The notes under the pieces: model-generated | The model's database searches: none | What the model was told of the DNA's origin: nothing | What the model saw: the letters and a program-made list of their open reading frames with translations, nothing else | IMG/VR virus record: IMGVR_UViG_3300042505_001173 | Span: 1 to 64,000 of that record | Length of the DNA: 64,000 bases | Strand: one strand, 5' to 3' | Source: a virus | Position numbers and translations under genes: made by a program | Part shown: in pieces, positions 41,520 to 53,600 of the stretch | How the letters are laid out: every line of letters starts with the position of its first letter | Position numbering within the stretch: position 1 is the first letter of the stretch

Positions 41520-44500
41520 TTAGTAATTAATATCGCCATATACAGTAGACGGGTTTTCAATAGTTAAACTAGCAGTAATGTTTGTTGCATCAATTGCGGG
41601 ACCACCCTGTCCACCAACACCTCCGGGTATAATAGTCGCACCGTTGGCAGGAGCATCAAAGCATGCATCGCCGTCACCTCCCCATCCGGATATACCACCT
41701 CCCCCACCACCGACACAACCCCATAGAGTATTACCTTCGACGGGTTTATCAACTCCACCCAATCCTGCTCCCGGACCTGTACCGTCACCTCCACTACCAC
41801 TTTTACCTCCAATATCTAACGTAACTCTTGTATCTAAGCTAGCTACCGGTAAATTGTTAGGGAATCCTGCATCTATAAAATCTTGAGCTGTTGGATCAGT
41901 TATTGATGGTATGATATGTGAACCGCCATTTGGACTAGTACCTCCGTTAGCTCCAGTTACAGAGCCCCCTGCTCCCGCGCCCGCACCCCCGCTAGCGCCA
42001 GCTACCGTATAAACTTGTAGTGAACCTGTCGATTGTTGGTTACTAGGTGTAGGTGCAGGAAAAAAGTTATCATAATCTGGACTGTACCGGTATACGATAT
42101 TAAATGGTGTTGGGTACGGGTGAGGGGAAGGATCATCATACTGATCTCTAAACGATACGTACAATTCACGGTAAGCAGAATCAAACACGTACATATATTC
42201 AGTTAAATCAAACTGAATAGACGTCTGGTATGTCCCGTCAGAGTACTGATACCAAATAACCGGTATAGTTTGACGTTGTAGATATCTAAAAGCTTTTGCA
42301 GTAGAGTATGATAACCACATAGTGCCACCTGCACCACCTCCCCCACCACCTCCCCCGATCATACCTCCAGTACCAGGTAATATATTAACCGGTATTGCAC
42401 CCGTTAGTAGTTTTAGACCCGGTCCACCATTTTTACCATTTCTAGATGATTCGATTGTGCTAGCGTTACCACCCGCTCCGCCCGCTCCAACAATACTACT
42501 ATTCATAATTAGGTTAATTTTAGAGCTTCCAGCTAACCCAGCCATCTCAATAGTTAGAGCAGCTCGACTTGCTAGAGCTGATGTAATATTTCCATTGACG
42601 TAAATGTTTACTGTTACAGGAGTATACGCTAGTATAGCTTGTGATAAGTTTGCTGCGGTAGAAACATCGTCTAATCCGACAGTCTTAGCATTCGATGAAG
42701 GTAAATATATATTTGCTACTTTATTAATAATCATAAGGTTTAGTGCGACTTGTGTACTAGCATTATACACTGTATCACCGATTCTAATAAAAAATGTAGC
42801 CATTTGTGCCACCACTAACGGAGTTCCTGAAAGTGTCCCAGTTGAACTTAAAGCTAAACCTAACGGAAGTGCTGGAATTATACTAATTACTTCGTACGAT
42901 CCTGACCCTCCGGTAACAGATATGACGTCTGATGATACAGCAGAACTAACTTCTAGCATAGACGATTCAATAAGAACAGTAACTTTAAACTCTGCTACTG
43001 TTTGTAGAATAAACGTTTCGTTGCTACCTATTGTAACACCTGTGAATACGTCAGTTACATTAACTCTAAAATGTACCTCAAAAACATTGGAAACCATCGT
43101 TCTTGCGGTACCTGTGACAGGATCATTTGATAATGAAACAACACCACTCGTACTGTTAATTTTTAAATATTGCTGAAACATTTCCATCGTTGTTGCACCA
43201 ATAGGTTCAACAGAATACAAATATCTTCCTGACCCGTTCACACCTCTAACGAGCATGAAACCCTGCATAGGTGAATTCGTAAACCATGACATATAGGATG
43301 ACGGAGCAGAACCATCTATATTTGTGAACGCTTGACTATTATCTACAGATACGACTGTAAGTTCATCGTAAACTGTTAAAAATATTTTTGATGCGGTAGC
43401 CTTCATTGGAATTGTATCTGAAACACAACAGTAAATTGCCGTTCTGGCTAAAGGTAAAGTAGATGTAGCATACCCTGTCATGACACCTGTGTTGCCATCA
43501 ATATAAAAATTCCGAGGTAATTTGGATGCAATACTATTACCGCTAACATCGGATTCAAAAAACGTGTACGATGGTTTACCATATTGAACATTAGTGTAAA
43601 ATGGTATATTTAACTCAGTTGTAACCTCTGTAATACTACCTGCTTTATATTCGTATACGTTTGATCCTACCACACACATCACTTCACGTATCGCTGAGAT
43701 CGTTGTTGCTGTTATCGGGTCTACGATATTGAAATCAACTGCAACATCATCTGTTCGACCTTTTGCTGAATCAGTAATATAATAATATAATGTACCAGTA
43801 AATGCTCTATTCGCTTTACCTGATATTATATTGGGTGCTGTTAATGTTAAACCTATAGACGGTAATGTTTCTAGTACTCCAGTAACAGAGTTAATTTTTG
43901 ATTTTACCGCATTTATTTTATAGGGAGGTACACCGTTCAATGGTACAATAGGTGTTATATTAATTTCATCAACGTTAGCTACACCTGTAACCATGTAATA
44001 CTGAGATGTCCAGGTAAGCTTATCGTAAATATTGAAAGTAAGTGATGACATGTTCGAACTAAATTCACGATTAACATCCTGAACAAGATATGTAATTGTA
44101 CTTGAACCTGAATACAACCATGTTTTGTTTGTACCTAGCGTTTTACCGTGTACAGGATCGTATCCCCAATTATTTGCCCACAGCTTAATATGTTTCTCAG
44201 TTGTATACGTATCTGATGTACTATTATAATAAGTATACCCGTTCGCTGGATCTAGCGGTAAATCAGAATCGTAACCAGTATTAATTAGTTCAAGCTCAGG
44301 TCTCAATGTACCGGAATTTCTAATAACACTATAAGGCATAAACCCATCGGATATCGTATCAAACACTAGTATCGGTTCAATCTCATCTCCAACAAATGCG
44401 ACAATTTCTTTAATATCGTTTGATGAACTAATATGTTTTTTAACGTTAAAATCTATAGTAACAGTCTCAGGTGCAACCGAACCGAGGCTATCTGTAACAG

Positions 44501-46100
44501 AAACAACAACCGTGGTTTTATTTGGTGCCGTGATTGGACCTTTGATTTGATATTTTGTGTTACCGTAGTATACGTCTGGTACCGTTGCAAAAGACATACC
44601 AGCAGGTAAACCTGGAGCTGCAACATATGAGTACGGTGGTGTACCTAATTCAGCGGTAATAACATCTGTAAACGTGTCAAGTATCGACGACTGGTTAACA
44701 TACATTTTAAATGTATTAGTTGTTAATAGTGGTATACCTACCACGGAATCTCGAATTGATAATATTATTTCAGGGATATTTTGTGCTTCGTGCCCAGTAT
44801 TGTCGTGCGCACCGTAATGAAGCTTGTAAACACCTGCTGGTATTCCACCACTAGCTACATTTAATGTACCATCTGCTGGAACAATTGATGCACCTGCTGG
44901 TAATTCAGTTAGTGTCGCAGTGTTGTTAGCTCCGTCGGTATATACGTAATCAATTAACCTATACACATAAGGTTTAACACCGTTGCTACCAATCAAAGGT
45001 TTAAATGAAAACGATTTTGTCGCTAATTTGGTTATTGAATTTTGACCTGGTGTGGTTAAACCTACCTCAAATACAACGTAAGCATTAATATCAACTTCTG
45101 ATATGGTTGATGCTAAGTTACCCACAGAATCTCGTACCCCAACCTTTAATGTCCCGACATACGGAATATACGTCTCAACAACTTCACCATCTATTATCTG
45201 TGTAGATAGCCCGGTATAAGTACCTGATACAACTCCTGTTACAGAGTTAACTGTAACACCGGTTGGATATGAACCGGATTGAGAGCTAGGTATAAAGTAA
45301 GTATATGGGGGCACACCTGCGGTTACGCTTGTGAAACTATTGAAATATATATTAATAGGTAATGGTCCAACTATTGCAACATTAGGTGATGCAGTCGCTG
45401 TAACAGTTTCCTCAATATTAAAGTGGAAGTCAGCCGTTAAAACACTTTGTGTGTTATAAAAGTCCCGAACTCGTATTGATACGGCTGGGGTTAGTGGAAT
45501 AACACTAGTTTGTGATTGGTCAGTATATGTACGCTTTACACTAGTTGGTGCACCTATTATCCGTCCTGTTGATTGATTTATAGACATTCCATTTGGTAAA
45601 GCTCCGTTAACTATATAATACACGTAAGGTGGCCGCCCACCTGTAACGGAATCATATATCGAATTATTAAATGTAGTCTGTCCTATAAAACCTGTTAGAT
45701 ATGTATTGCCAGATGTAGTCGCTACAAACGGTACAGTAATAATAAAAGTGATTGCACTCTTTTTATATGCGACAAATCCTCTAGAATCTCGAGCTGCAAT
45801 ATATGATGTTGTACTGAATTGTGATTCTGAAACAACCGTAGATACTGTTGGTGTTCCTGATATCACACCAGTAGTTGTGTTTATAGTTATTCCTGTAGGT
45901 AATGGATCACCACTTGTATGCACAAAATACTCATAATATTCACCAACCTCAAGATTTATAAACGGTACACCTCTTGATGCTGTTATGGGTGATAACGGTG
46001 TAATAGGCGTGTTTATGGAATATTGTAATGTAGCGTCGGTACTTGTCGCATATAGTGGTTTTTTTCCGGGTCTACGGTTTCGAATTGATGATATCGGCAT
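41520..46100 (-). CDS. Ig-like (He_PIG) repeat protein with Gly-rich adhesin-like tip, copy B
   Basis: Repeated LP.G..I...TG.I.G.P and G.PPY.Y motifs; C-terminal polyglycine tracts like T-even gp38. Confidence 0.8.
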   Translation of the reverse strand: MPISSIRNRRPGKKPLYATSTDATLQYSINTPITPLSPITASRGVPFINLEVGEYYEYFVHTSGDPLPTGITINTTTGVISGTPTVSTVVSESQFSTTSYIAARDSRGFVAYKKSAITFIITVPFVATTSGNTYLTGFIGQTTFNNSIYDSVTGGRPPYVYYIVNGALPNGMSINQSTGRIIGAPTSVKRTYTDQSQTSVIPLTPAVSIRVRDFYNTQSVLTADFHFNIEETVTATASPNVAIVGPLPINIYFNSFTSVTAGVPPYTYFIPSSQSGSYPTGVTVNSVTGVVSGTYTGLSTQIIDGEVVETYIPYVGTLKVGVRDSVGNLASTISEVDINAYVVFEVGLTTPGQNSITKLATKSFSFKPLIGSNGVKPYVYRLIDYVYTDGANNTATLTELPAGASIVPADGTLNVASGGIPAGVYKLHYGAHDNTGHEAQNIPEIILSIRDSVVGIPLLTTNTFKMYVNQSSILDTFTDVITAELGTPPYSYVAAPGLPAGMSFATVPDVYYGNTKYQIKGPITAPNKTTVVVSVTDSLGSVAPETVTIDFNVKKHISSSNDIKEIVAFVGDEIEPILVFDTISDGFMPYSVIRNSGTLRPELELINTGYDSDLPLDPANGYTYYNSTSDTYTTEKHIKLWANNWGYDPVHGKTLGTNKTWLYSGSSTITYLVQDVNREFSSNMSSLTFNIYDKLTWTSQYYMVTGVANVDEINITPIVPLNGVPPYKINAVKSKINSVTGVLETLPSIGLTLTAPNIISGKANRAFTGTLYYYITDSAKGRTDDVAVDFNIVDPITATTISAIREVMCVVGSNVYEYKAGSITEVTTELNIPFYTNVQYGKPSYTFFESDVSGNSIASKLPRNFYIDGNTGVMTGYATSTLPLARTAIYCCVSDTIPMKATASKIFLTVYDELTVVSVDNSQAFTNIDGSAPSSYMSWFTNSPMQGFMLVRGVNGSGRYLYSVEPIGATTMEMFQQYLKINSTSGVVSLSNDPVTGTARTMVSNVFEVHFRVNVTDVFTGVTIGSNETFILQTVAEFKVTVLIESSMLEVSSAVSSDVISVTGGSGSYEVISIIPALPLGLALSSTGTLSGTPLVVAQMATFFIRIGDTVYNASTQVALNLMIINKVANIYLPSSNAKTVGLDDVSTAANLSQAILAYTPVTVNIYVNGNITSALASRAALTIEMAGLAGSSKINLIMNSSIVGAGGAGGNASTIESSRNGKNGGPGLKLLTGAIPVNILPGTGGMIGGGGGGGGAGGTMWLSYSTAKAFRYLQRQTIPVIWYQYSDGTYQTSIQFDLTEYMYVFDSAYRELYVSFRDQYDDPSPHPYPTPFNIVYRYSPDYDNFFPAPTPSNQQSTGSLQVYTVAGASGGAGAGAGGSVTGANGGTSPNGGSHIIPSITDPTAQDFIDAGFPNNLPVASLDTRVTLDIGGKSGSGGDGTGPGAGLGGVDKPVEGNTLWGCVGGGGGGISGWGGDGDACFDAPANGATIIPGGVGGQGGPAIDATNITASLTIENPSTVYGDINY

Positions 46101-46124
46101 ATTTTAACTTGAGTTGGATATTAC

Positions 46125-46147
46125 CTAAATAGTAAATTGTATTTATA
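46125..46147. promoter_or_regulatory. Face-to-face late promoter motifs
   Basis: CTAAATA (+, 46125-46131) and TATAAATA (-, 46140-46147) in a 58-bp gap between divergent genes. Confidence 0.55.
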
Positions 46148-46158
46148 TGAGGTGATGA

Positions 46159-46815
46159 ATGGATCATACAGAATTATTTATCGAACCTGAATCACGTATA
46201 CAGGTTTATTGCACCGAAGACACGCGAAACAATTTTCAACGAATCGCTATAGGTACTACAATATTTCAAACTGATGGTGATTCTGGGCAATACACGTACG
46301 ATGGGACACAATGGGTTAAACATTCATCTCCTGAACCTGAACCAATATTCACAGATTCAGATATAGCTAATATAAAAAAAATACCTGAACTATGCACCTT
46401 AAACGATGTTGTTCAGTATATTACAGACCATAAAGATGTGTTTGAAACAATGTCATCATTGAATGCAAAAATTGATTCAAAATCTGATATTGCGGAAGTT
46501 TATACGAAGCCAGAAATTGATCGAAAGCTTTTAGCACTATCAAACACTCCATCTACAGCTTTAAAAACATCAGCGGGTTCAATTAGTGTTCGCGCTGCAA
46601 AACCACCATTTGCAAACCAAGTGTTAACCGCAATCAACAAAGAGCAAGCTGTGTGGATAGACCCTGTAGTACCGGTTACCTACGTAATGTACTTACAAAT
46701 TGTAGCACGCTTAGATGAGTTAGAGCGGTATCAGCGTGAGAATGAAGCTAAGAAACGTGTAGCATCAAAACCGAAAACGGTATCCAACTCACAAAATCGA
46801 ATAATTTTCAAATAA
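46159..46815 (+). CDS. Hypothetical protein with fibre-like motifs
   Basis: GAGGTG RBS; YTYDGTQW and VYTKPEID motifs. Confidence 0.65.
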   Translation: MDHTELFIEPESRIQVYCTEDTRNNFQRIAIGTTIFQTDGDSGQYTYDGTQWVKHSSPEPEPIFTDSDIANIKKIPELCTLNDVVQYITDHKDVFETMSSLNAKIDSKSDIAEVYTKPEIDRKLLALSNTPSTALKTSAGSISVRAAKPPFANQVLTAINKEQAVWIDPVVPVTYVMYLQIVARLDELERYQRENEAKKRVASKPKTVSNSQNRIIFK

Positions 46816-46825
46816 TAGGTATCCA

Positions 46826-47176
46826 ATGTCACACAATGTTACTTCAAAATTAGTATTAGACGTACAAGCTTCTATAGTTACCGATGTCTTAGATATGCAT
46901 GTTGTTGAAAAAATAACTAAACATAAAGCTGAATACGACTTTAAAACTTATTCAACAGGTTCAGTATTAGTTCCAGCAAATACCTATGAACGTTCATTAG
47001 GTGTAAGTTCAGCTGTATTAGCTACAAGTTCTAAAGTATTTGGAATTCGATTATCTTCAATGTCATCTCCAGTTGACACATCTATATTCTCATACAGCGG
47101 GACATCAGTGGAAATAATACTGTCAAACACTTCAAGTGAAGATGTGATTGTTGAGTATATTCTTGCGAGTGTATAA
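46826..47176 (+). CDS. Hypothetical beta-rich protein
   Basis: 116 aa, AGGT RBS. Confidence 0.6.
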   Translation: MSHNVTSKLVLDVQASIVTDVLDMHVVEKITKHKAEYDFKTYSTGSVLVPANTYERSLGVSSAVLATSSKVFGIRLSSMSSPVDTSIFSYSGTSVEIILSNTSSEDVIVEYILASV

Positions 47177-47186
47177 AATATACAGT

Positions 47187-47211
47187 GACGTCAATTAGCA
47201 TGATTGACGTC
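47187..47211. terminator. Hairpin between convergent genes
   Basis: gacgtcaat / attgacgtc. Confidence 0.6.
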
Positions 47212-47217
47212 CCATCT

Positions 47218-50200
47218 TTAGGTATAAGCTTGCCCAGATACAACCCCGTATATTTTATCTCCATCACCGAAGAACGAAAATATATCAGTTAGATTTGCAA
47301 CAGAAGATGTAACAGGAACTTGATCTTCAGACCAGTTGATTGTTCCTCCGGACCATGTAATACTGTGAGTTCCAGTATATTTTATCACAAGTGTTATACT
47401 TTTACCTGTCATTGATATGATCGACGGCATAGAAATAATTGTATCACCGGATGTTGTAATTTTCTGTAACGAACCTGAATTAGGATTCAAGGTAATGTTA
47501 GTGCCTGTTGGTGCCGCAATAGTTTCAATAACGCACTGAGCGATCTGTATAGATTTATCATTATTGATAGTTAGCGCTACGGACGGATCTACAGAACCGT
47601 TTGAGGTAACACTAAACAGGATTTTAGATCCGTGGTTAGTGGATGACCACATTTCAGTACAATATGCGCTAATAGTTGCAGATCGATACGATTCTTCGGA
47701 ATCCCAACCACCGAACATAATGTTACCTAGTAACGTACCTGAATTTACCGCTGGTGGAACCGACGGAGGTGTTTGACCTGCAGGGTAAATAACAGGAGCT
47801 TCACTCGCAAACAACCCTACGCTTGCGCCGATGGTCGAGTCAGCGTTTGGACTGTATACCGATACTACTGATGTTTTTTCATCTACTGGATCATTTACAA
47901 ACACACCGTTCAGGGTTTTAAGAGTGCCTGTACTTGTATCAAATGTTAGGTTTGAACTCTCACTAAACTTACCACCGTTTGCGAACAACACTGATTTATC
48001 GCTCATATTCAAGTTGGTAGTTGGACCTATGGTTATTCCATCTACATATTGTTTAGTAACGAGAGCGTTGTCATACCCATTGAAATCCGTTAATTCGAAC
48101 CCAGTTGCATATTCAATAAAGTACTGTGATTTACTAGTTTTTGTTTTTGAAAACGCAGCACCCGTTTGAATATAATTGGTATCAGTATAGTGTTTTGTAG
48201 TGAAATAGTAATCATACACTGATGCAGAGGTGTTTGGATTTTTAAAAATATAATTATCGATATCAACACTATAACTTTCTAACGCTGCTCGTATTTTAGC
48301 TGCAAAACTATATTCATTTTGTACTAAATCGTGGGTAATATTTGGTAACGATAATACACCGGTTAAAGCATTGATAGATAGTGGTTGTCCAACTTTAATA
48401 CTTCCTAGACTATTAGAAGTAGCAATATTATTGATACCCTCTTCAATACCTGTAAAATGCTCTTCAACGTATTTTTTTGTTACGAAATAATTATCATACT
48501 CGGACAGCTGTTTATCAATATCTGAACCAATAAAATTGTAGGTATCAGTACTGTACGCATCCTTTTGCATTTTTAAAAACGCGCCAGCAGTGTATTCGGT
48601 AATATCACTATCAAATGTAATATACGGTAAGGTTAAAACACCAGTTTCACTTATTTCAAACGGTACACCAACTTTAATACCACCCAACACGGTATCAGAT
48701 GATGTAGGCAACACATACGAATCTTCAACTAACACGTAGTGTTGATCCGCAAAATATTTGGTCACATAATATGTGTCATAATATTGAACAGGTTTAGTAG
48801 CATCTTTATAGATGTTGTTATTGTTATCAGAGCTATACAAATCCGCTGATGTTTTTACTGATGCAGCAAAATCATACAGTTTTTTATTACTATCATACGC
48901 AAGTTGTGGTAGGGATAATACACCGGTAGCACTAATCTCAAACGGTTTACCTAATTTAATACCACCTAATGTGAATGCTGATGCAGCTGGTAACACATAC
49001 GGACTAGTTGATCCTCCTCCCCCAAATTCTGATGAGTAGTAATGATCATCAGCGTATTTCTTTGTGATGAAATACCCGTCGTAATTTTTTTCAGGGTCTA
49101 GTCCAATAGTATTAGTAATATCATCACTGTATAACCAAACAGATGATTTAATAGCTGCTGATACCTCATATTCTGAAGGAATTGCGGGATCTGTTTCAGT
49201 CGCTTCGACTGCTTCTGTGTATACTACATCTTTTAATGATAGAGTACCTGTTTGTGATACATCAAACGGTTTTGCTACCTTGACACCGCCAACAGTGGTA
49301 CTCGATGCGACAGGTACAGTACCTCCACCGGTTCCTGTACCGTCATTCGCTGCGTAATGACCATCAGCATATTTTTTTGTTACAAAAAATTTATCGTAAT
49401 ATCCATCTGGAGCTGTATTATCACTACCGATAGTATTGTTATCATCTACGGATTTTGTTCCCGCATCTACCGTATATTCATTACTATCTTCATCGTATGC
49501 TACACCTTGCAAAGAAAGAGTACCGTCAGCTGCTACTGCAAATGGACCACCAACTTTAACACCCCCTTTTGTCGATGACGATGCAGCTGGTAAGTTTTTT
49601 AATACGTCATAATTTTCATCAGCAAAATGTTTTGTAATGAAGTGATTATCGTAATCTGAGGGAGATTTCTCAGCGTCGGAGAAAATATGATTATCTGGAT
49701 CACCACTAACAAGTTCATTTTCAACAGTAACATCAGCAGCTATACCATATTCATTAGCTGATTCGTCAAATGTCATGTTCTTTAACGATATTTTACCTTC
49801 AGGTGTATACTTAAATGGTTCTCCTACTATCACCCCACCTACCGCTGTAGATGTAGCAGGTGGTAGTGTAGTTAACCCTCCAATTGAACCTGATGCTGCG
49901 TAGTGATCATCAGCGTATTTCTTTGTGATGAAATATTTGTTAAATGTTGGTGCGGGGGAGCTGGCTGTAGGAGCAATAAAATTATTGTCATCAGCGCTAT
50001 AAACACCTTTTGAGAAGTTAGCGTTAGCTTGAAAACTATATTCGGATTCCGGAACTGAATCTTTTGTTACGGTTGCGTATGTTAAGTCCGGTAACGATAA
50101 TTTTCCGCTAGAGTCGACGGTAAAAGGTGAAGCAACAGCTACAAGACCTGGACTAGATTCAGATGCGACAGGTATATCAAATACGCTACCACCTACCGGT

Positions 50201-50505
50201 TTCCAAAAACCGCCAGCTGGAGATGAGGTTAACACCTGTAATTCATTGGATATAGTATCAAACCATAGTTGACCAACTGTCGGATTCTCAGGTGGTTTAT
50301 CTCTGCTAAAATTTTCTAGCATCCGCACTAAATTTGTTTGCAACCCTTCACCGAAATCAATACTATATTTGCCAAACAATGTCAACGGTGTTTGTGCTGT
50401 ATTAGTGGTTTTTTCGCCTACTACAATCGGTGGTTTATAAAATGAACTAGGTATATTTTCATCATCGTTTGAACTAAACTTAATTGTATAATCGGTTAGT
50501 GCCAT
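47218..50505 (-). CDS. Long repeat fibre protein, copy B
   Basis: LTLFGKY...ENFSR...GQLWFD; seven ~100-aa units ending YFITKKYAD-like; C-terminal TDIFSFFGDG domain. Confidence 0.8.
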   Translation of the reverse strand: MALTDYTIKFSSNDDENIPSSFYKPPIVVGEKTTNTAQTPLTLFGKYSIDFGEGLQTNLVRMLENFSRDKPPENPTVGQLWFDTISNELQVLTSSPAGGFWKPVGGSVFDIPVASESSPGLVAVASPFTVDSSGKLSLPDLTYATVTKDSVPESEYSFQANANFSKGVYSADDNNFIAPTASSPAPTFNKYFITKKYADDHYAASGSIGGLTTLPPATSTAVGGVIVGEPFKYTPEGKISLKNMTFDESANEYGIAADVTVENELVSGDPDNHIFSDAEKSPSDYDNHFITKHFADENYDVLKNLPAASSSTKGGVKVGGPFAVAADGTLSLQGVAYDEDSNEYTVDAGTKSVDDNNTIGSDNTAPDGYYDKFFVTKKYADGHYAANDGTGTGGGTVPVASSTTVGGVKVAKPFDVSQTGTLSLKDVVYTEAVEATETDPAIPSEYEVSAAIKSSVWLYSDDITNTIGLDPEKNYDGYFITKKYADDHYYSSEFGGGGSTSPYVLPAASAFTLGGIKLGKPFEISATGVLSLPQLAYDSNKKLYDFAASVKTSADLYSSDNNNNIYKDATKPVQYYDTYYVTKYFADQHYVLVEDSYVLPTSSDTVLGGIKVGVPFEISETGVLTLPYITFDSDITEYTAGAFLKMQKDAYSTDTYNFIGSDIDKQLSEYDNYFVTKKYVEEHFTGIEEGINNIATSNSLGSIKVGQPLSINALTGVLSLPNITHDLVQNEYSFAAKIRAALESYSVDIDNYIFKNPNTSASVYDYYFTTKHYTDTNYIQTGAAFSKTKTSKSQYFIEYATGFELTDFNGYDNALVTKQYVDGITIGPTTNLNMSDKSVLFANGGKFSESSNLTFDTSTGTLKTLNGVFVNDPVDEKTSVVSVYSPNADSTIGASVGLFASEAPVIYPAGQTPPSVPPAVNSGTLLGNIMFGGWDSEESYRSATISAYCTEMWSSTNHGSKILFSVTSNGSVDPSVALTINNDKSIQIAQCVIETIAAPTGTNITLNPNSGSLQKITTSGDTIISMPSIISMTGKSITLVIKYTGTHSITWSGGTINWSEDQVPVTSSVANLTDIFSFFGDGDKIYGVVSGQAYT

Positions 50506-50539
50506 GGTACCATTGTATAGTATTTGGTGAATAATATAT

Positions 50540-50547
50540 TATTTATA
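50540..50547 (-). promoter_or_regulatory. T4-type late promoter
   Basis: Exact TATAAATA about 35 nt upstream of ATG 50505. Confidence 0.7.
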
Positions 50548-50576
50548 CGTTTTGGTCAAATCATTATCACAGAGAA

Positions 50577-50608
50577 AGAGTTTAGGTCGAATAATCAACC
50601 TAAACTCT
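50577..50608 (-). terminator. Intergenic hairpin
   Basis: agagtttaggt / acctaaactct. Confidence 0.65.
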
Positions 50609-50620
50609 GCGTTGTTAGTG

Positions 50621-53600
50621 TTAGTACACGTCACCGTAAACCAACGATGGTGTCACTAAGGTTGGGATATCTGTTGCAGCTGTAGTTAGAATTGCTGGAC
50701 CTGACACCCCACCTAATCCACCGTTTCCTAAATATGTGACACCTCCTGGAACTACTACACCTTCAGGTAAAGATGAAGCTGAACCACCGTTGCCACCTGT
50801 ACCACCCATACCGCCACCTCCCCCACCACCTAAACCAGCAGCGTACCGGTACGGTTTTGTTAGTGTAGTTACATCTGGACTAGTACCTGGGTTACCCGGG
50901 GTAGCTTCGGATCCTGGCGTCGCAGGAGTAATCTCATGATACGATACCGCATCCATTATCAATACACCATCGCCTACTATAGCGGGTGATTGAGAGATTA
51001 GAGCACTCCATTCAGACGCTAACATGCGGGTAAGATTATTAGTTGGTAGTGATTCAACTATCGGTGCTGCAGAAGCGGTACTTACTGTACCTGGAGCACC
51101 GTTATTTGAATTAGCAGTAGGATGTCCAAAACCATTACCACCTGCGCTACCTTGCCAAATAACTAGTTTAGTTTTACGTGTTTGTGGTGTGAACCCTGTA
51201 CCACCTTCAAAATCCCACGTTTTTGCTGGGTACGCATACATGTCGTAGTACAATCTATAGTTTGGATCAGTTGGACGGTTTGGATCTGGTAATATATAAC
51301 TTTCTTTTCCAAATTGACCTAAGTATGCTAGACTGTTTTGGTTAACACGTCTTTCATATTGCACATCAATATACTGCGAAATACGGTTTTGATCATTTGC
51401 CCAACCTTGTGGACTCCAAATTTGTGTACTACCAGATGCTATAAGCTTTTGAATCTGAGCTACACCTGACTCCAATTGATACACACTCATGGTTTGACCT
51501 TCGACTAACGTCCAGCCATCTCCCCCTGCTCCACCACCACCACCGCCACCAGATATAAATGTACCTGGTAGTGATTCAACTTCAACAACAAGATCACCTG
51601 TATTGAGCTTCAAAGCAACACCACCGCCTTCACCATTTAACAAGGCTGAGTTAGTAGATGATCTTATACCTCCTTTACCGCCGCAACCTATAATATTACC
51701 GGATTTTGTAAAAACCTTAATTGTTGTAGCACTGTTTAAACCAGATGCTAAATTAATAGTTAGAGCAGGAGCATTGACAGATGTTGATCGTACCTCACCT
51801 TCAATATCAATACGAATTTTAATAGGTGTACTCAGTAGCTGTGCATACGATAACGCAGATGCTATCTGAATATTAGCTAACGTAATTGTTTTACCGGATG
51901 TAGATACCGATCTTGCAACAGGAATAATAACATAATCAGACGTAATTGAGAAACGTACAGTAGCAGACATTATAGTGTTATATACTCTATCTTTATACTT
52001 CACCACATAATCTTTAGCCTCAGCTATTGCATCTGCCGAACCGGTTAAACAACCAGCAGGTGTTGTAGCGGAAGTGTTAGTAAAGGTAAGCGACCCAGGT
52101 AATACTGTTTCATTAGCGGGACCTTTTATTGAAACAAAATCGTACTCACCTGATCCACCAGATAGTGCAAATACAGGATCATTTGTATGAATACTGTCTT
52201 TTTCGTAACTAACTGTAGTACTAATTACCGACATTGTCATAGGATTAATAACTTTTAACCGTAACACGTTAGATACGACTTTAACTATTTCAGTAAACGT
52301 GTCAGTTACTTTAATTCCCATGGTAACGTCAAGTGTATTGGCAAATGACGAACCACCTGCTGAAGGTTTTAAATTTATAGCACCTGTAGATCCATTGATT
52401 TGAAAATAATCTAGTACGTTATCTACAGACGGAGTTGTTAAATCGAACATATACGAATATCTTCCAGACCCGTTTTTACCGCGCACTAATGAGAACCTGT
52501 TAAAAACCCCACCTGTTAAAAACACTACAGATGAATTTGATTTGTTCAAATTGAAGCTAGTTACTGCAGCGGCATTTTCTGATAAATTATCTACTAATGT
52601 AGTGGAAAACTCGTCACATATTGTCAATTTGATAGCACTAGCCTCACCGCCAGATACTAAATTGTTATCTGCTACACTACAATATACCGTATTTGTTGCA
52701 TATACAGCTGGTCTCGATGAGCTATCTCCGTTTAAGTTACCAAAAGTGTCAATAAACAGTCCAGTCGGTAATGATGATGTTGGAGCTGCAACACCGGTTG
52801 AATTAGATTCAAAATACACATACGGTACCGCACCACCTGTTACAGATTTAAAGAATGGAATCTTTAGTACTGTATCAGTCGTTACTACTGGCGAAGCTCC
52901 TGTTTTGTCAGTAATTTCAAACTTATCAAATCCACGAACATACAGTACTTCAAGAGGCGCGCTATACGCTACCGCTGAGATTTTGGGTGTAATATTAAAT
53001 TTAACCGGTATATTATCTGTGCGACTACCAACACTATCCGACATATAATAATATAGTGTACCTTTATAACCTGCACTTGGAACACCAGCAATTGTACCAG
53101 GTTGGATCGTTTTTAACCCTAATTTAGGTAATGTTGTTTTTATTGGTGGTTTTTTAGTAAAATCGGTAATCGATGGAGTAAAATTTATCGTATACGGTGG
53201 TATACCTCCAACTGGTACAACTGGATTAAATGATACGTTCGTAAATTGAGCTATACCTGTTACGATAGGAGGTATGCGGGTAGCAGTACCTCTTAATTTT
53301 TTGTATATTTTGTAGTTAATTGTTACAATATTCGGGCTTTCATTACCTCTAGAATCTGTAATTTTAAACGTGTATGTATCCGTACTTGCATACCCGTACT
53401 TATGGAAAGATCCTAAAATTGGAATTGCAGTACCTGCACCTGTAACCATAATATTACCCCATATCTGTGGGACAGTGGTTGTAATATTTTTACTTTGCGC
53501 TGTATCGTAATATTGGTACCCCATCGGTACAATTGTTAATTCAGGTCTAAGTGTCCCTGATAACAATGTAGCGGTATACGGAGGGTAACCACCTGTTATA

